Assembly (NCBI RefSeq): GCF_030684315.1
Contig: NC_081390.1
Location: forward strand, 27,327,288 to 27,391,287
DNA from: Stegostoma tigrinum
Lineage: Eukaryota
Length of the DNA: 64,000 bases
Reading direction: 5' to 3'
Every line of letters starts with the position of its first letter. Position 1 is the first letter of the stretch. The position numbers and the translations under genes were made by a program. Of the stretch, positions 14,380 to 27,601 are shown in pieces. The notes under the pieces were generated by a model, which saw nothing but the letters and a program-made list of their open reading frames with translations, was not told the origin of the DNA and made no database searches.

Positions 14380-14650
14380 GGCTCAGTGACAGCTCAGTGC
14401 AGTTAATACACACACACATAGTTCTGAGACAGGAGACTGTCTGTACTCGCACTGCACTCAGACTTAAACATATTACCTCTGATTCCGGTGACAGCTTGAG
14501 GGAGTGCTGCAGTCTTAGAGGAATTGCTTTTAGGACGAGACATTGAACGGCTATTTGTTCAGGTGGGCGAAGATGATCCCATGGCACGTTTTTGAAGAAG
14601 AGCAAGGGAGCTCATCCAGTCCTGGCCAGCATTACTCCTTTGACCAACTT
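14380..14650 (+). mobile_element. DeuSINE/SacSINE1-like element
   Basis: gagggagtgctgca...gagacattgaac...gatcccatggcacgttttgaagaagagcaagggag...cctggccagcatt, the Deu-domain pattern as I recall it. Confidence 0.65.
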
Positions 14651-14664
14651 GACAACGACAAACA

Positions 14665-14793
14665 CAAAAACCTGTAAATGCTGGAAATATGAAATAAATG
14701 CAGAAAATACTAGAGATAGTCAGTGGGTCTGGTAGCATTTGTGGAGCAAAAAAACAGAGTCAATGTTTCAGGTCAGTGACCTCTCATCAGAAC
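14665..14793 (-). mobile_element. Short PLE-terminal-repeat-derived element
   Basis: atgctggaaat...cagagtcaatgtttcaggtcagtgacctctcatcagaac (reverse complement ctgatga...gaaac). Confidence 0.7.
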
Positions 14794-15179
14794 AACGTAC
14801 AAAAGCCTGTTTAAATCACAGAGACTGGATCGATTGAAATTGGCTGTTGCATTTGTTTTTGTAACAGCATTGGATACTTATCAAAGTAATTTATTGAATT
14901 CTGTATTATGGATTTGTGAATGTAATGAGCTGCTGTGAATAAAAGATCTTCCTACAAGCTAGACATACTGACACTATTCCAACTCAAGAATACGTCAACA
15001 GCACAGAGCAGCTGTATTTGTAATTACTATTCTCAGCCAAAGAAATGATGTAGACTTTGGATAGAATTGAAATTTCCTTTCTGGTAGAGAATGCTGTCAA
15101 TCAGCTGAGGATGATATATTTTTGTCCTTGGATCCCATTTAACTCAATAAGCCTAGACCTCATCCTAATCCCAGTTTAT

Positions 15180-16090
15180 TAACATGGAAGATGGTTGTGG
15201 TTGTTGGAGGTCAGTCAGTGCAGGAGTTCTTTAGGGTAGTGGCTTAAACCCAAACATCTTCAGCTGCTTCATCAATGACCTTCCCTCCATCATCAGAAGT
15301 GGGGATGTTTGCTGATGATTGCACGATGTTCAGCAGCATTCACGGCTCTCAGATATCTGAAAGGCGTGCAAGATAAAGGAGTAATCCAGGTTCTGAGGAA
15401 GGGTCACCGGAGCTGAAACGGTGCTGACAAATGGCAAGTAGCATTTATGCTAATCCGTTGCCATTTCCAACAAGAGAGAATCCAACCCATATAAATGCAG
15501 TGGCTACAAGAGCAGTCAAAGCTGCGATTTATGCAGAGAGTAACTTGCCACTTGACTTCCCAAAGCCTGCTCACAGTTGAACAGGGGAGAAATTCGGAGT
15601 GTGATGGGATTGTGCCCTCTTGCCTGGACAAGTGCAGCTCTAACAACACTCAAGAAGCTTCAAAGATCGTAAGGACAAACCAGTCTTCATCATTCACTTC
15701 TTCCACATTTGAGACACAAACTCAACAATGCTTTTTTGCAGAATATTCCAAAACCCTGACTTTATCCTCTGAAAGGACAAAGGAATACATGGGAATGCCA
15801 TCTCTTACACGTTCCCTTCCAAGTCACTCAACATCCTGAACTCCAACGTTTATCAAATTCCCTCCCTGATGATGTTGTGAATTTACTTACAGCATGTGGA
15901 CTACAGCAGTTCAAGGAGGCAGCTCACCATCACCTTCTCAAAGGAATTAATGCTCCCTTATTAACAGCATTGCGAGTTACCTACTCCACGTAGACTGCAG
16001 CAGTTAAAGAATGCAGCTCACCACCACCTTCTCCAGAGCAGTTAGGGATAGGCACTGAACACTGTCCTCGCCATTGATGCCAATATCCAA
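15180..16090 (+). mobile_element. Fragmented old CR1/L2-group LINE with duplicated 3' end
   Basis: atggttgtggttgttggagg...gatgtttgctgatgattg (FADD). The 3' motif gact(a/g)cagcagtt(c/a)aag...gcagctcacca(t/c)caccttctc occurs twice, at about 15899 and 15993. Confidence 0.7.
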
Positions 16091-18094
16091 TAAACAATTG
16101 GTATGAAATGCTGACCTAACCAGCAATGGTTATATTTCATGGAAGGATTTTTGAAATAAAGCAAAGCTATGTTCAGTTTCATTGGGCCTGCAGAATTACG
16201 ATTTTAATCAATTGTATCCAGTAGTAGCTATGTTCCTGCATTTGAGTGGTTGATTCCTAAATGCTGGTGGAGATTGTTTCAGTGGATGAAGCAGCCTACA
16301 TACTTACTGATGCCAGGCTACCAACATGATGTATTTAGGATTAAAACAATGTTTGTAGATTCTGAGACATGGTACCTCCAATTAGTACACTGCTGACATC
16401 CTGAAAGGGGAACTGCTGGCAGCAGTTACAAGTAATGAATTCTTTCGAATTACATAAAAAATGGAGAACATTCTTAACACTCAATATGTCAGTTTTTGTT
16501 TTGGAGAATAGTTGCAGCTGAATCTAAAATAGTTATAGACCCATTGCTCTCAATTCAATTTTCACCTCATCTGTGCCATTCTTAAAAAAAATGTACAATT
16601 TAAATGCTTGTACTTTTTTTTGTAAGCAACAGACACTAAAACACTTGCTTTTGATGCCTGATATGTTGCAAGAATAATGTCCAGAAGGAAATATGCTGTC
16701 CAAATAATTGCTTTTCAAACATTTGTTTCTGGAAGCTGTGGTAATGAAGTACTAAGAGACTTGGAAGCACTGTATCAACTGAGAACAATCCAATCCAATA
16801 ACCGAGCACACTGAATACCAAATGTTCTTTGTAGCTTGTAACTTTGTAACTTGGCATCTGCAAAATTTAATTGAGTGACCAACCTAATCGTATGGATAGG
16901 TTGCCAAACACTGGATTTTGTTGGAAATGATGTAATGTGGTTAACAGGTTGCATGTTTGTAACAGGATTGATACTGTAACATCAATGGGCTTTCGTTTCG
17001 TTATTTGTTTATTGGATGTTGGCATCAATGGCTAGGCCAGTGTTCTGTGTCAGTCCGTAACTCCTGTGCAGAAGGTGGTGGTGAGCTGCCTTTTTTCAAA
17101 TGCTACAGTCAGTGTACAGTAGGTGACTCTCAATGCTGTTAATAAGGGAGTATTAACATGCCCATATCCATATTTGAATTTGGCAACAAATGACTTTCAG
17201 AGATTTAGAAGGGGTTTATTGTAAATCTATACTTTACCTCAAATACCAGTTTTCACCTTTTCCTTTGGACCGATACCACTGAGGAAGAACCCAACCTTTT
17301 CTTTAACTTTAATAACTCATTAGTAAAACACCAATTAACTAATCAATAAATATCAAAGATCAAACACTGACCACCAGGGGTAAATAGCCAGCTCTTATTG
17401 TTAATTTAAAAACTCACCACTAAGTCACCTGCTTGACAAACTGTACAAAAATCAATTTTTTTTGTTACCCACCAACAAATTATCCAGTCAACAAATGAAA
17501 TCGCACAACTAGTTAAAAACATTAACCAAAACACAAACAGAAATTGCTGGGAAAGCTCAGCAGCTCATCAGACACAAAATGTTGAGTTTTTCCATCAATT
17601 TCTGTTTCTGATTTTGTTTCTGATTTTCACCATCAGTTCTTATGGGGTTTTGTTTCATTAAAAACCAGTGACTGGAACAATGCAACTACCATAGAAATAC
17701 AGGATGTATAGAAATAGAGGGCAAGACTAAATCAAGAAAACTCAATTTTTTTTTAAATTAACCTGTTTGGACAGTTGTGACACCTGTCCAAGGCAAATGA
17801 GATTTGAACCTGGGCCTCCTGGCTCAGAAGTAGGGAAGAGAATGTTGATCTGCTAGCTTTTTGTAAGGGGTGAATTATTTGTTACAGGATTCTGAGTTTC
17901 TGACTGACTTAGTGTTCATATGGCCAGTCCACTTCAGTTTCTGGTCATTGCTAATCCCCAGGATGTGGATAATGAGTGATTCAGCGATGGTGATGCCATT
18001 GAATGGAGCTAGTCATTGCCTAGCTTTTGTGTGGAATGACTTACTACATGTTAGCCCACTCTGAATGTCATCCAGCTACTTCATGGACTGCTTC

Positions 18095-18770
18095 TTAAGA
18101 ATTTAAGAAAACAGAAGCAGAAATCTGACGCCTCAAAACCCCCTAAGATCATGGTCGATTTGCCATCACTCCTGTTTTGTGCAGGCTCATTATAGCCCTC
18201 AACTCACTGATATATCAAAAATTTTATCTACTTCCAATGACCTAGCCTCCATAATTCTCCGGGATTGAGAATTCTGGGCATTGACAACCCTCTGGGAGGA
18301 GAAATTCTTTCATATCTCAGCTTTAATTGAGTGTCTACATACTCTGTAACTATGACCCCAGTTCCCTAATAGTAGAAACCACTTCTCAACATTTACCACA
18401 TCAAGCCCCTCAGAATCTTGTATGTTTCAATAAGATCACCTCTCATTCTTCTAAATGCTAACGAATGAAAGGCCTAACCTGTTTTGCCATTCTTGGTAAG
18501 TCAGTCCATTCATCCCAGGAGTTAGCCGAGTGAATCTCTTGAACTGCTTCCATTGCCAATGCATCCTTTCTTAAACACAGGAACCAAAGCTGTACATACT
18601 ACTGCAGATATGGCCTCACCAGCAATCTGTACAGTTATAACAAGGCTTCTCTTTTTTAAAACTCCAAACCTTAACAATGAAGGCCAATCCCATTTGCCGC
18701 CTTAATTTTTGCTACACCTGCAAACTAACCTTTTGTGTTTCATGCACAAGAACATCCAGATCCCTCAAAA
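18095..18770 (-). mobile_element. Degraded CR1-type LINE 3' fragment
   Basis: tatgtttcaataagatcacctctcattcttctaa, gaccaaagctgtacatactac: CR1 motifs in reverse. Confidence 0.75.
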
Positions 18771-20509
18771 TTTCAAATAAGTTGGCTTTTAAAGCCAATA
18801 TATTTGAGAAAATAAAAAAGTTTAACTTGTGCATGTGGATACAGGACCTCTCCCAATTAATAATAGAGTTGTGGCAAACTGGAACAGTTACTTTGCAGTA
18901 ATGTGGTGGGACAATTCAGGTGGTTGGTAAAGGGAGTGGTTACAGGATGGTCAAAGTAAGTCAAAACCTCTGTGACAGACTGTAGAAGCCTGATTTTTAA
19001 AAAAAAAATTTAATGAAGTCCAGGTATGGGACATATATTTTAGTTTGCTTTTGTGCCTTACTATTTGGATGTTTGCCAGCTGTGTTTGAGGAAGCTGACT
19101 GGAAACGTTGTGCAGATAAAGCTGAGCACTGCCTTCACTGCCACTCCTCCCTTCAACTGGCACATAATCACTATGTTTCTAAATTGAAATCAGGGTCTGA
19201 TATTTATGTCAGGCTATCATCTTCAGTCAGGCGTTGTAATCACATGGTTCGAGTTTCATTCAACACAGCAGTGAGCATATATTTAGAAAGAGCCTACTTG
19301 CCAAACAACAGCTCCAGTTATATTCAACAGATTATAGATACTGTTGAAACTTTCTGAAACATGATTATTTGGACTGTCTGAGTATATTTGTGAAAGTTCC
19401 ACAGTTAACTGATGTTGTAGGTAGAAGTATGGGTTGATTAGTAGGGAGCTGGGCTATATGGATGTTTATCAGGTTTGTAATAAGTGGATTGTACAGGGAA
19501 TACTGTTTGGGCTTAAACTATGCACAGTCTATGCAAATTTGTTTTTAAAAGTTTTATTAATGGGATATGGGCGTTGCTGACTGGTCCAGCATTTACTGCC
19601 GGTCTCTTGTTCTCTTGAGAAGGTGGGGGTGAGCTGCCTTCATGAACTGTTGCAGTCCATGTGCTGTAGGTAGCCTGCAATGCCCTTAGAGAGGGAATTC
19701 CAGTATTTTGACCCTGTGACACTCAAAGGGACGATGATATATTTCCAACCCAGGATGGTGAGTTAATGGCTTGGATGAAAGGACTAAGTAAATTGTCACC
19801 AGTTTTGCTGCTGATATAAAGATAGGAAGGAAAGCAAGTTATGGGGCCAACATACAATAATAATACTTCCAGTTACCAAGATGACTAATTAAATACATCC
19901 TCAATGTCAGATTTTAAACCAAACCCATATATATGACGTTCGTCAATAAGCAAGATTATGGGTCTATTATCAAAACAAAACTTATTTAACAAAGATTCAA
20001 TAGTTGGCTAGCGTACATAGTCAGTAATATAGAAGAATAAATGTTTATTGCTCTAAATATTCCTGAAACACTCATGTACACATACACTTTCTCTCCAGGA
20101 AAAGAGAAAAAGAAAGTAATAGATTTCTCTGCATAGACTCGTTTCCAAAAGGAAGCATCCTCGCCAATGGTCAACTCCAGAAGCTTAGGATGTTCCAGAG
20201 TCAGTTGCTTTGAGGCTCTGGCAAGGGATAGCAGTTCATTCCTCACACATGATTGCCTCCGAAGTCTTGCAGACACATCTTGCTCAGGAAGTAAAACATT
20301 GAGATGTTCTTTCAATCACTTTCGAAATATCAAGCAGGTTTCACCCTGACCTCAACAAGACGGAGGTGCATCACTTCTTTTCCAGTGAGGATGACAATGT
20401 CATTTCAAAATTACACTGCAGGCCAGAGCATTGGAATCTTTATGAAAGTATACCCAGGCTTTACAATGTCTAGTAAGGAATAGTCTGCTCAATTCTGATG
20501 ACCAAGCCA

Positions 20510-20880
20510 TAAAAATAGTACAGTGCATTGGAAAAGTTGCAGAAAAAAAAACAAGATCCATTCTGAACATAAAAAGGATGAACTACAAGAAGAGATCAGA
20601 GAAGCATAATCTCTATCATCTAAAGGAGGAATTAATAAGATAATTTATTGAAGTAGATGAAATATTAAATAGAATAGGTAAGATAAACCCTGAGCATTGC
20701 TTTAAAGTCTGTAGGACCAGAGAGGACATCAATTTTTAATAGTTGAGAAATAAATTTAAAGTAGATATTAAAAACCAATGGCTTTACCCAACAGGTGGTT
20801 AATGTTCAGAACAATTTGACAGGCATAGGGGCAGAGAAAAAAGACACTTATAAATAATCCACTTGATGCTGCATTAATAG
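20510..20880 (+). mobile_element. Old CR1-type fragment
   Basis: gcattggaaaagttgcag...atgaactacaagaagaga...aagataatttattgaagtagatgaaata, a decayed ALEKVQ/YEERL/DLIEVYK series. Confidence 0.55.
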
Positions 20881-21929
20881 CACTAGGATAAAAGAGAGAA
20901 CCGCTGTGGGTCAGATGGAAATTTTTCATTTTTGATTGTTCATGACGTCATTTACTCACTAATGAGAAAGTTCCTTGTGATTACTCTCAACTGTCCATGG
21001 ATTTTGTAAGACCTCATCAAATGCTCACAATACAGCAGTTGAGTTCCATGGCACATTTAAGAGCTAGAATTTACACACTGCTTTATCACAGTTACCTGTT
21101 GCAGTGTGCCTATCAACTTGAAATTAACGTAGATAGTTTCAATGTTAAATGTTGACATAACCCAGTGATCGAAATAAAATAGTTAGGAACTACATCCAGG
21201 AGGTGTCCATGTGCACACTGTTTTTAGTAATATGTCTAAATTTACAGAAATATTATGTACAGTATACATTGAGATTAGATTTGATTTTACTTCGTTTATG
21301 CCTAATTTCTTTGTTTTGATGATAAGTGCCATAGGAACATAGAGCAGGAGATTGTCATTCAGTAATGATTAGGATTTATAATAAATGTGATGTGTACATG
21401 ATTCCTATTCATTTCTGTTATTTTATAATGCCTTTGATTTTTACATTGCAAGATTCAACTCTGACAGTTTAATTAATTGCAGATTAGCAGTTGATTTATA
21501 GAAGGTCCAGTTGTTTTCCCCTTCTGAAATCAGACCTTTCTTCTTATTCAGTCATAGTATGTGGGCATCTTTGGCTAGGCCCAATATTTATTGCCCGTCC
21601 CCAGTTACCCTTGAGGTGGTGGTGAACTGCTTTCTTGAATCACTGTAGTTAATTTTCTCTCGATAGACTCTCAATGTCACAAGTGAGGACATGAGGACGT
21701 TGCAAAATTTTGACCCAGTAACTCTGAAAGAGTGGAGATATGTTTCCAAATCAGGATGGTGAGTGGCTTGGAGGAAAACTTGCTGCCCTTATCCTTCTAG
21801 ATGGTAGAGATCATGGATTTGAAATATGCTATTTAGAAGTTTTGGTGAATATCTGCAGTGCATCATTGAACTTGTCACAATCATCAGATATCCCAAAGTT
21901 CTTGATGGTTAATGAAACTCTTCAGGTGT

Positions 21930-22300
21930 ATGTTTGCTGTTGTGATGTCGAAAAGTAAGCAGCTAAGTCTGTGCGAAGGAAATCTGCATAAGCTGCACTG
22001 ATAATGACTAGGTAGTCTATTCTTGTAGTGTTGATTGGAGGATCACCTCTGGCCAAGTCACTGGAGAAATAACTCTCATCGTCTTCCTTGACATAATGCC
22101 ATGGGAGCTATTATGTCCATCTGAATGAGTAAATGGGAATTTGATTTAATGTCTCATTAAAACAATGACAGCTCTATCAGTGCAGAACTTCTTCAATACT
22201 GCGCTATAATGCAGCCTGCATTTTTGTGCACCAGCTCTGAAGTTGAACTTGGACCAACAACCTTATGGCTCTAAGGCAGGAGTGCTACCATTTGACCTCT
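21930..22300 (-). mobile_element. DeuSINE/SacSINE1-like element
   Basis: tgccatgggagct...tttaatgtctcatt...cagtgcagaact...ggcaggagtgctacca, the reverse of the 14380 pattern. Confidence 0.6.
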
Positions 22301-25252
22301 GATGGACATGCAAAAGTTCATTCCTTCTCAACCTCTCCCCTTGCCTGAAGCATGTTGATCCTCAGGTTAAACCACCACCAGTTCTGTCTCTCTGATGAGA
22401 GAGCAGCCCAATGTAGGACTCGTCGTCTCGTTACTCACAGTAACGCAGTAAATGTTGACATTGTCACTTTTCTAAATGAGTGTTCTTTTTTCTGTTTTAG
22501 GGGAACCTCAATTAGTTTTTTATAAAAGCATTATGACACATGAATTTTCAGTCAGAGGTCCCACAGTATCTAGGCACTGTCTGGCATAGGTAACTTTACA
22601 CTAAACATGTATGTGACCCTGTGAAAGCAGCATTCTGACACTCCATGCACACACTGCTCTCTCTATGTTGGAAGATACTCATTAAAAGGTAAAAGAGAGA
22701 CTATTCTCATGGGTTCCTTGACATGCCTTTGGCCGTGTGGTTCTGATGGCTTGTCAGCCTTGTATAGAATCTCCTTCACTATGTGCATGGGCCCGTACAG
22801 AAAAGGATGATTGGCTGTGTGACGTTTTTATTTTTCCTTTTCTTGTACGGGGGTCAGTTCCTGCAGTGTTGTGTGTCTGTTTCATTATGGATTTGATTTT
22901 GTTAAAATGCAAAGAGCTAATTTTGAGCAGTCTGACAGCATCAAATAGCCCTGCCTTACAAGGTCTGATTATACTGCAGCCTGCTAGAATGATGCATGTG
23001 ATATGGGGGTGAGGGGTCATCCAGCCTCATCCACTCACTCAGCTTTTGTCTCAAGCCTCACATTTTTTACTTACCACTCTTTTTCCATGGACACTTTTTA
23101 AACTCGAAGATACTGAAGTTCTCAACGGTAATGCAATGCCTGGTTTGCTTCATTGAAGCACCATTTTCTGTGGATACTGTCTAATATTTGATTGTCACAT
23201 GCATTGCTGTTAGCTTGCTGGGCTCCAATGTGAACAGCCTAATTGTGTATGAAGTAGGAGAAGAAGGGAGGAGCATGACACAGCAGCAGGGCTGCACGGA
23301 GAGCCCACTGTCTTCTCTCCCTCCCAGCTAACAGCATTCTGTTATGGCTTTGCTGGATTCGTCTCTCTCCAGTTTAGGATTAGGTCCCTAGGAATAAATC
23401 CATTCAGAAATTGAGCAGAATTGTCTTTACCCAGAGAGAGAGAGAGAACATGGAGCTCACCAGCACTGAGAGCAATTGTGGTGAATAATATCAATGCATT
23501 TAATGTGAAACACGATGGATCCATGAGAGGGAGAGGGACACTGATGGTGTACAAGGAGATTTATGTGGAATCGAAACATTAGCACTGACCATTTATGCCG
23601 AATGGCCTTTTTCTGAGCCATAAATTTGATAATTCCTTATGCAGTTAATTGCCAACAAAGTGTTAATTGCTTTTGCAACTGAAATTTTATCTTTCTCTAC
23701 CCTTCCGAATTTAGCGTGTTGTTTATTTGAAGCTTGTCATCAGTGCTCATTATAAAATGAAACCAGTGAAAAGAATTTTTTTAAAAACTGTCTGTTTCTG
23801 TTGATTTTTTGCAGTATTTATGTTTGACAAATAGGCTTCACATCAGTGATAGTTGACTAGAACCGGAGACTATATTTATGGCCTGTAGCTCTCAACTCTC
23901 CCAAAATAAAAAAAAAGCATCTTAGTAACTACCTTAAAAAAAAATTTCATAATCTTAAAGGCCTATTTTAGGTCACCTTAAGCCAGGGTTTTCTAATGTG
24001 CAGGTCAGAACTCCAAGAGGGAATGCGAACTGAAATATTTAGCTTGCAAACTCTGAGGCAAAAGTGGTGAGTGAGGAATTTACGTGAAGTGTAAAGTTAC
24101 CTTAGGCCAGATAACATCTAAATACTGAGGGACTGCTGACTGAAAACACCTGTGTCATAAAACAATGCTTTTTTTAAACTAATTGTACTTGCCCTAAAAA
24201 TAACACTCAATTCGAAAAGTGACAATGTAATAAACCCTAACTCTTTCTCTGTCACAGGTTTTGTCTTACCCCACCCCTCTCTCAGTTTTCACGGAGTGGT
24301 TGTGATGGGGCCTCAGTGGGACAAGCACTTTTCAAAGCCTCCTCTTTGCTGGAGGAAGGAGCTGTAGCCCTTCATGATTAATATGTTGTCTTAGTTCTTG
24401 TGTCATAATGTGAATTAATTTTGTACCTTCTCTAGCTCCTTGTTACAATATGGAGACCAGTACTGTGGACTGTACCCCAACTGGCTGTGGTGAGGTGATC
24501 TGTCCTTTCTTCCTTCCATGTTGTTTTCTCAGTTATCAGCATCTGTGAAGTGAGATTTCCTGCTTTTCCAGATCCCTGACACCTTTATAATCAATTCCTC
24601 TACTTTTATATTCTCGTCTACTGACTGGTCCTAGTGACAATTGAGTTGCAATTATATTCCTGTGGAGAATGGAATGGCAAGTGTAATCTAGTTTTTCCTA
24701 AATGTCTACTTTCAACAAGCATAAAACTTGTTCAAACATTGCCTTGCTTGTCAGAAAATTGTATTGATTGAGACTATCACTAATTAGAAACTAGCTGTAA
24801 AGTATTAATTGCACTTGCCACTGATCAGTTAATTCTCAATTCAGAAGCTTGCTGCGAAGAAAATGGCCACCATATTTGGCTGCACTGCACATCAAAGTGA
24901 TCCATGAAATATGAACTGCTTAGAGGCGCATCTGAGAAACGTGATAAGATTTCATATGAGAAAATAGCTGAATGGGATGATTCTCAAAATGCACATTGCT
25001 TTCTCATTGCCATCACTCTTTAATTTTCTAACTTCTGATCATCAAATAATCAGTCTTGAGATGACTGTATCAATCAACTTGTCCCATGATGCCTTAAAAT
25101 GTATATATTCAACAGGACTTCACAGCAAAATATCAAGAGGGAGTGACTTGGGGATTTATCTCCCAGTCAACGAGGAATGGGGACTGAAGGAGTGAGTTTG
25201 TACTTAGGACCCAGCATGTCATTTGTCAGCTGGTTCAACACAACATTGATGG

Positions 25253-25354
25253 ACACAAAAACAGAAGTTGCAGGAAAAGCTCAGTAGGTCTGGCAGCATC
25301 TTTGGAGAGAAATCAGAGTTAAAGTTTCAGGTCCAGTGACCTTTCCTCAGAACT
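25253..25354 (-). mobile_element. Short PLE-terminal-repeat-derived element
   Basis: aaacagaagttgcaggaaaagctcagtaggtctggcagcatc...gtttcaggtccagtgacctttcctcagaac. Confidence 0.75.
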
Positions 25355-25425
25355 GGACAACATTGATGGAGTTCATGGTGCGAGCTCCTGAGCCATTTCT
25401 TGGCTGTGGTTAGTGAATAACTTGG

Positions 25426-25463
25426 GTGGGGGGGGGGGGGGGGGGGAGGGGGAGGGGGGGAGG
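25426..25463. repeat. Poly-G tract
   Basis: ggggggggggggggggggaggggggagggggggagg-type run, seen directly. Confidence 0.9.
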
Positions 25464-26399
25464 TTGTAGTTCGTCAATTGTATGCGTTTCAGATATTCAT
25501 TTAGGTGAAGTCAACTGGATGTCAAAGTGAAATGACTTGAAGGATTAGCACAGTGAGGAGATCACATTGTTAGTTTGGAGAAAGTAAATTATCCATTGAA
25601 CAGTAAATGTGAAGTTGCAAAATTCACTCCAATGCTGTTTATGTCTTAGGATTCCCCACAGCATCACTGATGAAAAGACTCAGTTGCTCACTCCTTCCCA
25701 AATGAAGCCCTTTTTTTAAACAAATATCTCACCTGAAATAACTTTACTTCCATGATGTAGAGATAAGTGACACAGTGAAATGCTGGATCATTCCACACTG
25801 AGAAGTTGGAGGTGGACAATTCATTGTTTATGCTCTGTTCTAACCAATAATACTGTCAATAACAAGTAGAAATAATGTCCCATGATCCAACTCCCAGGTA
25901 TTGTGAAATCATTAATGTATTTTGTAATTGCATGAGACCTATGCAGTATGCAATAATACATTGTTCAGGGTGTTTTCCACTAACACAATGCACAATACAC
26001 AATGAACCTCTGCACTTAGGGGATGAAAGACACTTTCTATGACACAGTAAAATAAACTATTACTGGTGTATTGGTGACCTCAATACAACAATAGGGGAAC
26101 TTAAAATACCAGATAGCATGTCACTCTGTAGGCAGTAGATACTGAAAATTACGTTGTACAGTCAGCAGGACACAGCAGATGATTTACCACTCTGCATGGC
26201 GCTATGTCGGGATAGAAATACAAACTCTTAATGAAACTTTTGCTTCCAAAATGGAAATTTTCCAGGTTAAAGGTCAGTTAATGTTTTTTGGTAACTGCTG
26301 TGTTTTCCAATGCTTTGATTAATAAGGTTCATCATTTGTGATGTCACTACCCATGTCCTTGTCTTTCTTTGTCTCTCCTTTCTCATTGGCTGATGCAAG

Positions 26400-26439
26400 G
26401 AGTTGAGGATGTTGTCCATTACTTCTATGATAAAGCGTG
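26400..26439 (+). CDS. Candidate 40-nt frame-shifting cassette exon (ELRMLSITSMIKR+G)
   Basis: Long pyrimidine tract 26356-26387, AG at 26398-99, donor GTG/gtatgg at 26440. Open in phase 0 and exits in phase 1. Three TGCATG motifs lie 32-64 nt downstream. No transcript evidence. Confidence 0.45.
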
Positions 26440-26471
26440 GTATGGTACAATGCAATCTAATCACTGCTGAC

Positions 26472-26503
26472 TGCATGCTGCATGTGTGGCATAACCCTGC
26501 ATG
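26472..26503 (+). promoter_or_regulatory. Cluster of three RBFOX-type TGCATG splicing elements
   Basis: TGCATG at 26472-77, 26479-84 and 26498-26503, directly downstream of a candidate donor. Confidence 0.5.
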
Positions 26504-27589
26504 GACAGACCTGTAGGCCATTTCAGAGCTGTTTGATGAAATGGCTGGCTTCAATCTGTGTGTATTTGCTGAAGTTCGCTGTGTGCTCCACCCTGCTACA
26601 GCATGTTCTACATCAGAGCATTCTATAATCCGGGCCTGCAGACATTATAAAAACATCACAACAGGGCACTTCAAATAGAAGCAATTGACATTGAAAATAA
26701 ATTATGTGCATCATATCCATTATCCCGCAGTGAATTAAGGCATTTGTTTAGCATCTGCTGGGTTGAGGAGTCTGAACCACACGTTTATGAAGATGTCTGA
26801 TTTCCTCAGCTGTTATCTTATCAGCCAGTTATGTATGTCCATTATATTCTCCTAAATGTGTACCAACCGTGAGACTAGATAATACCCAAAATTCCCAGCT
26901 CTGATTTTCTAATCCATTTGAGGTCTTCAACCCTTGTTTAGCAAGCAGTTATTGGCAGAGAAGCAGGATTAATGCACCAACATTGTTAACTATCTAGTTA
27001 CAGGTATTTCAAAAAGTGAATTTAAAAGATGTTCAGGGGCATTTCCGTCTTCACTGATCAGGTAATGACAAAGATCACTCAACATCATTGACGTGGCTTT
27101 TCAATTCTAGTAGAAAGGGAAGGTGATCACGGAGTTACTTCTGTAAGGTGCTTTTCTGCCTCTTATACCCTCCCAAATGGTGAAGGTGGAGACTGACCAA
27201 TCTGAGAAATCAGAATCAGCTGTTGGAATATTTTCCCCAGGGATCTGCAGGGTTACTGTAGAATGAAAGTGTTTATAACAAATTCGTAAAGTTTAATTTT
27301 TTAAATCCAAACCTTGCCTCTAGATGTTCATAAATGAAGTTATTTTGTAAGTGCCTTGATTGTGCGATATGAGGTTGCCTGAACTGGTTTGAAGTTACAT
27401 ACGACCCACCAGAACCCAATGTCTGCTTTAATGGGAGACAAGCTTACAGCTCGTTATTAGAGTTGCCATTATTCACAATTACTTGACCTCATCGAGCAGG
27501 GTAATAGGCCAGGAAAAAAAATGATGTAATATGTAAGCTTTTTTTAAAATGTTTTCATGTTTCAACCCAATGTTTTATTTGAAATGCAG

Positions 27590-27601
27590 TTGCAATTACA
27601 G
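27590..27601 (+). CDS. Candidate 12-nt microexon (TTGCAATTACAG)
   Basis: T-rich tract, then gaaatgcAG at 27588-89, followed 12 nt later by a strong donor CAG/gtaagg. Frame-preserving and open in phase 0 (LQLQ) and phase 1. Confidence 0.35.

Noticed and set aside
25640-25720. Acceptor-like tgtcttAG with an LRIP reading, as the CCSER2 TQTPWRRIP exon
   Set aside because: Upstream codons (NSLQCCLCL) do not match, phase 0 after the AG hits TGA, and there is no good donor. The real upstream exons are probably outside the window.
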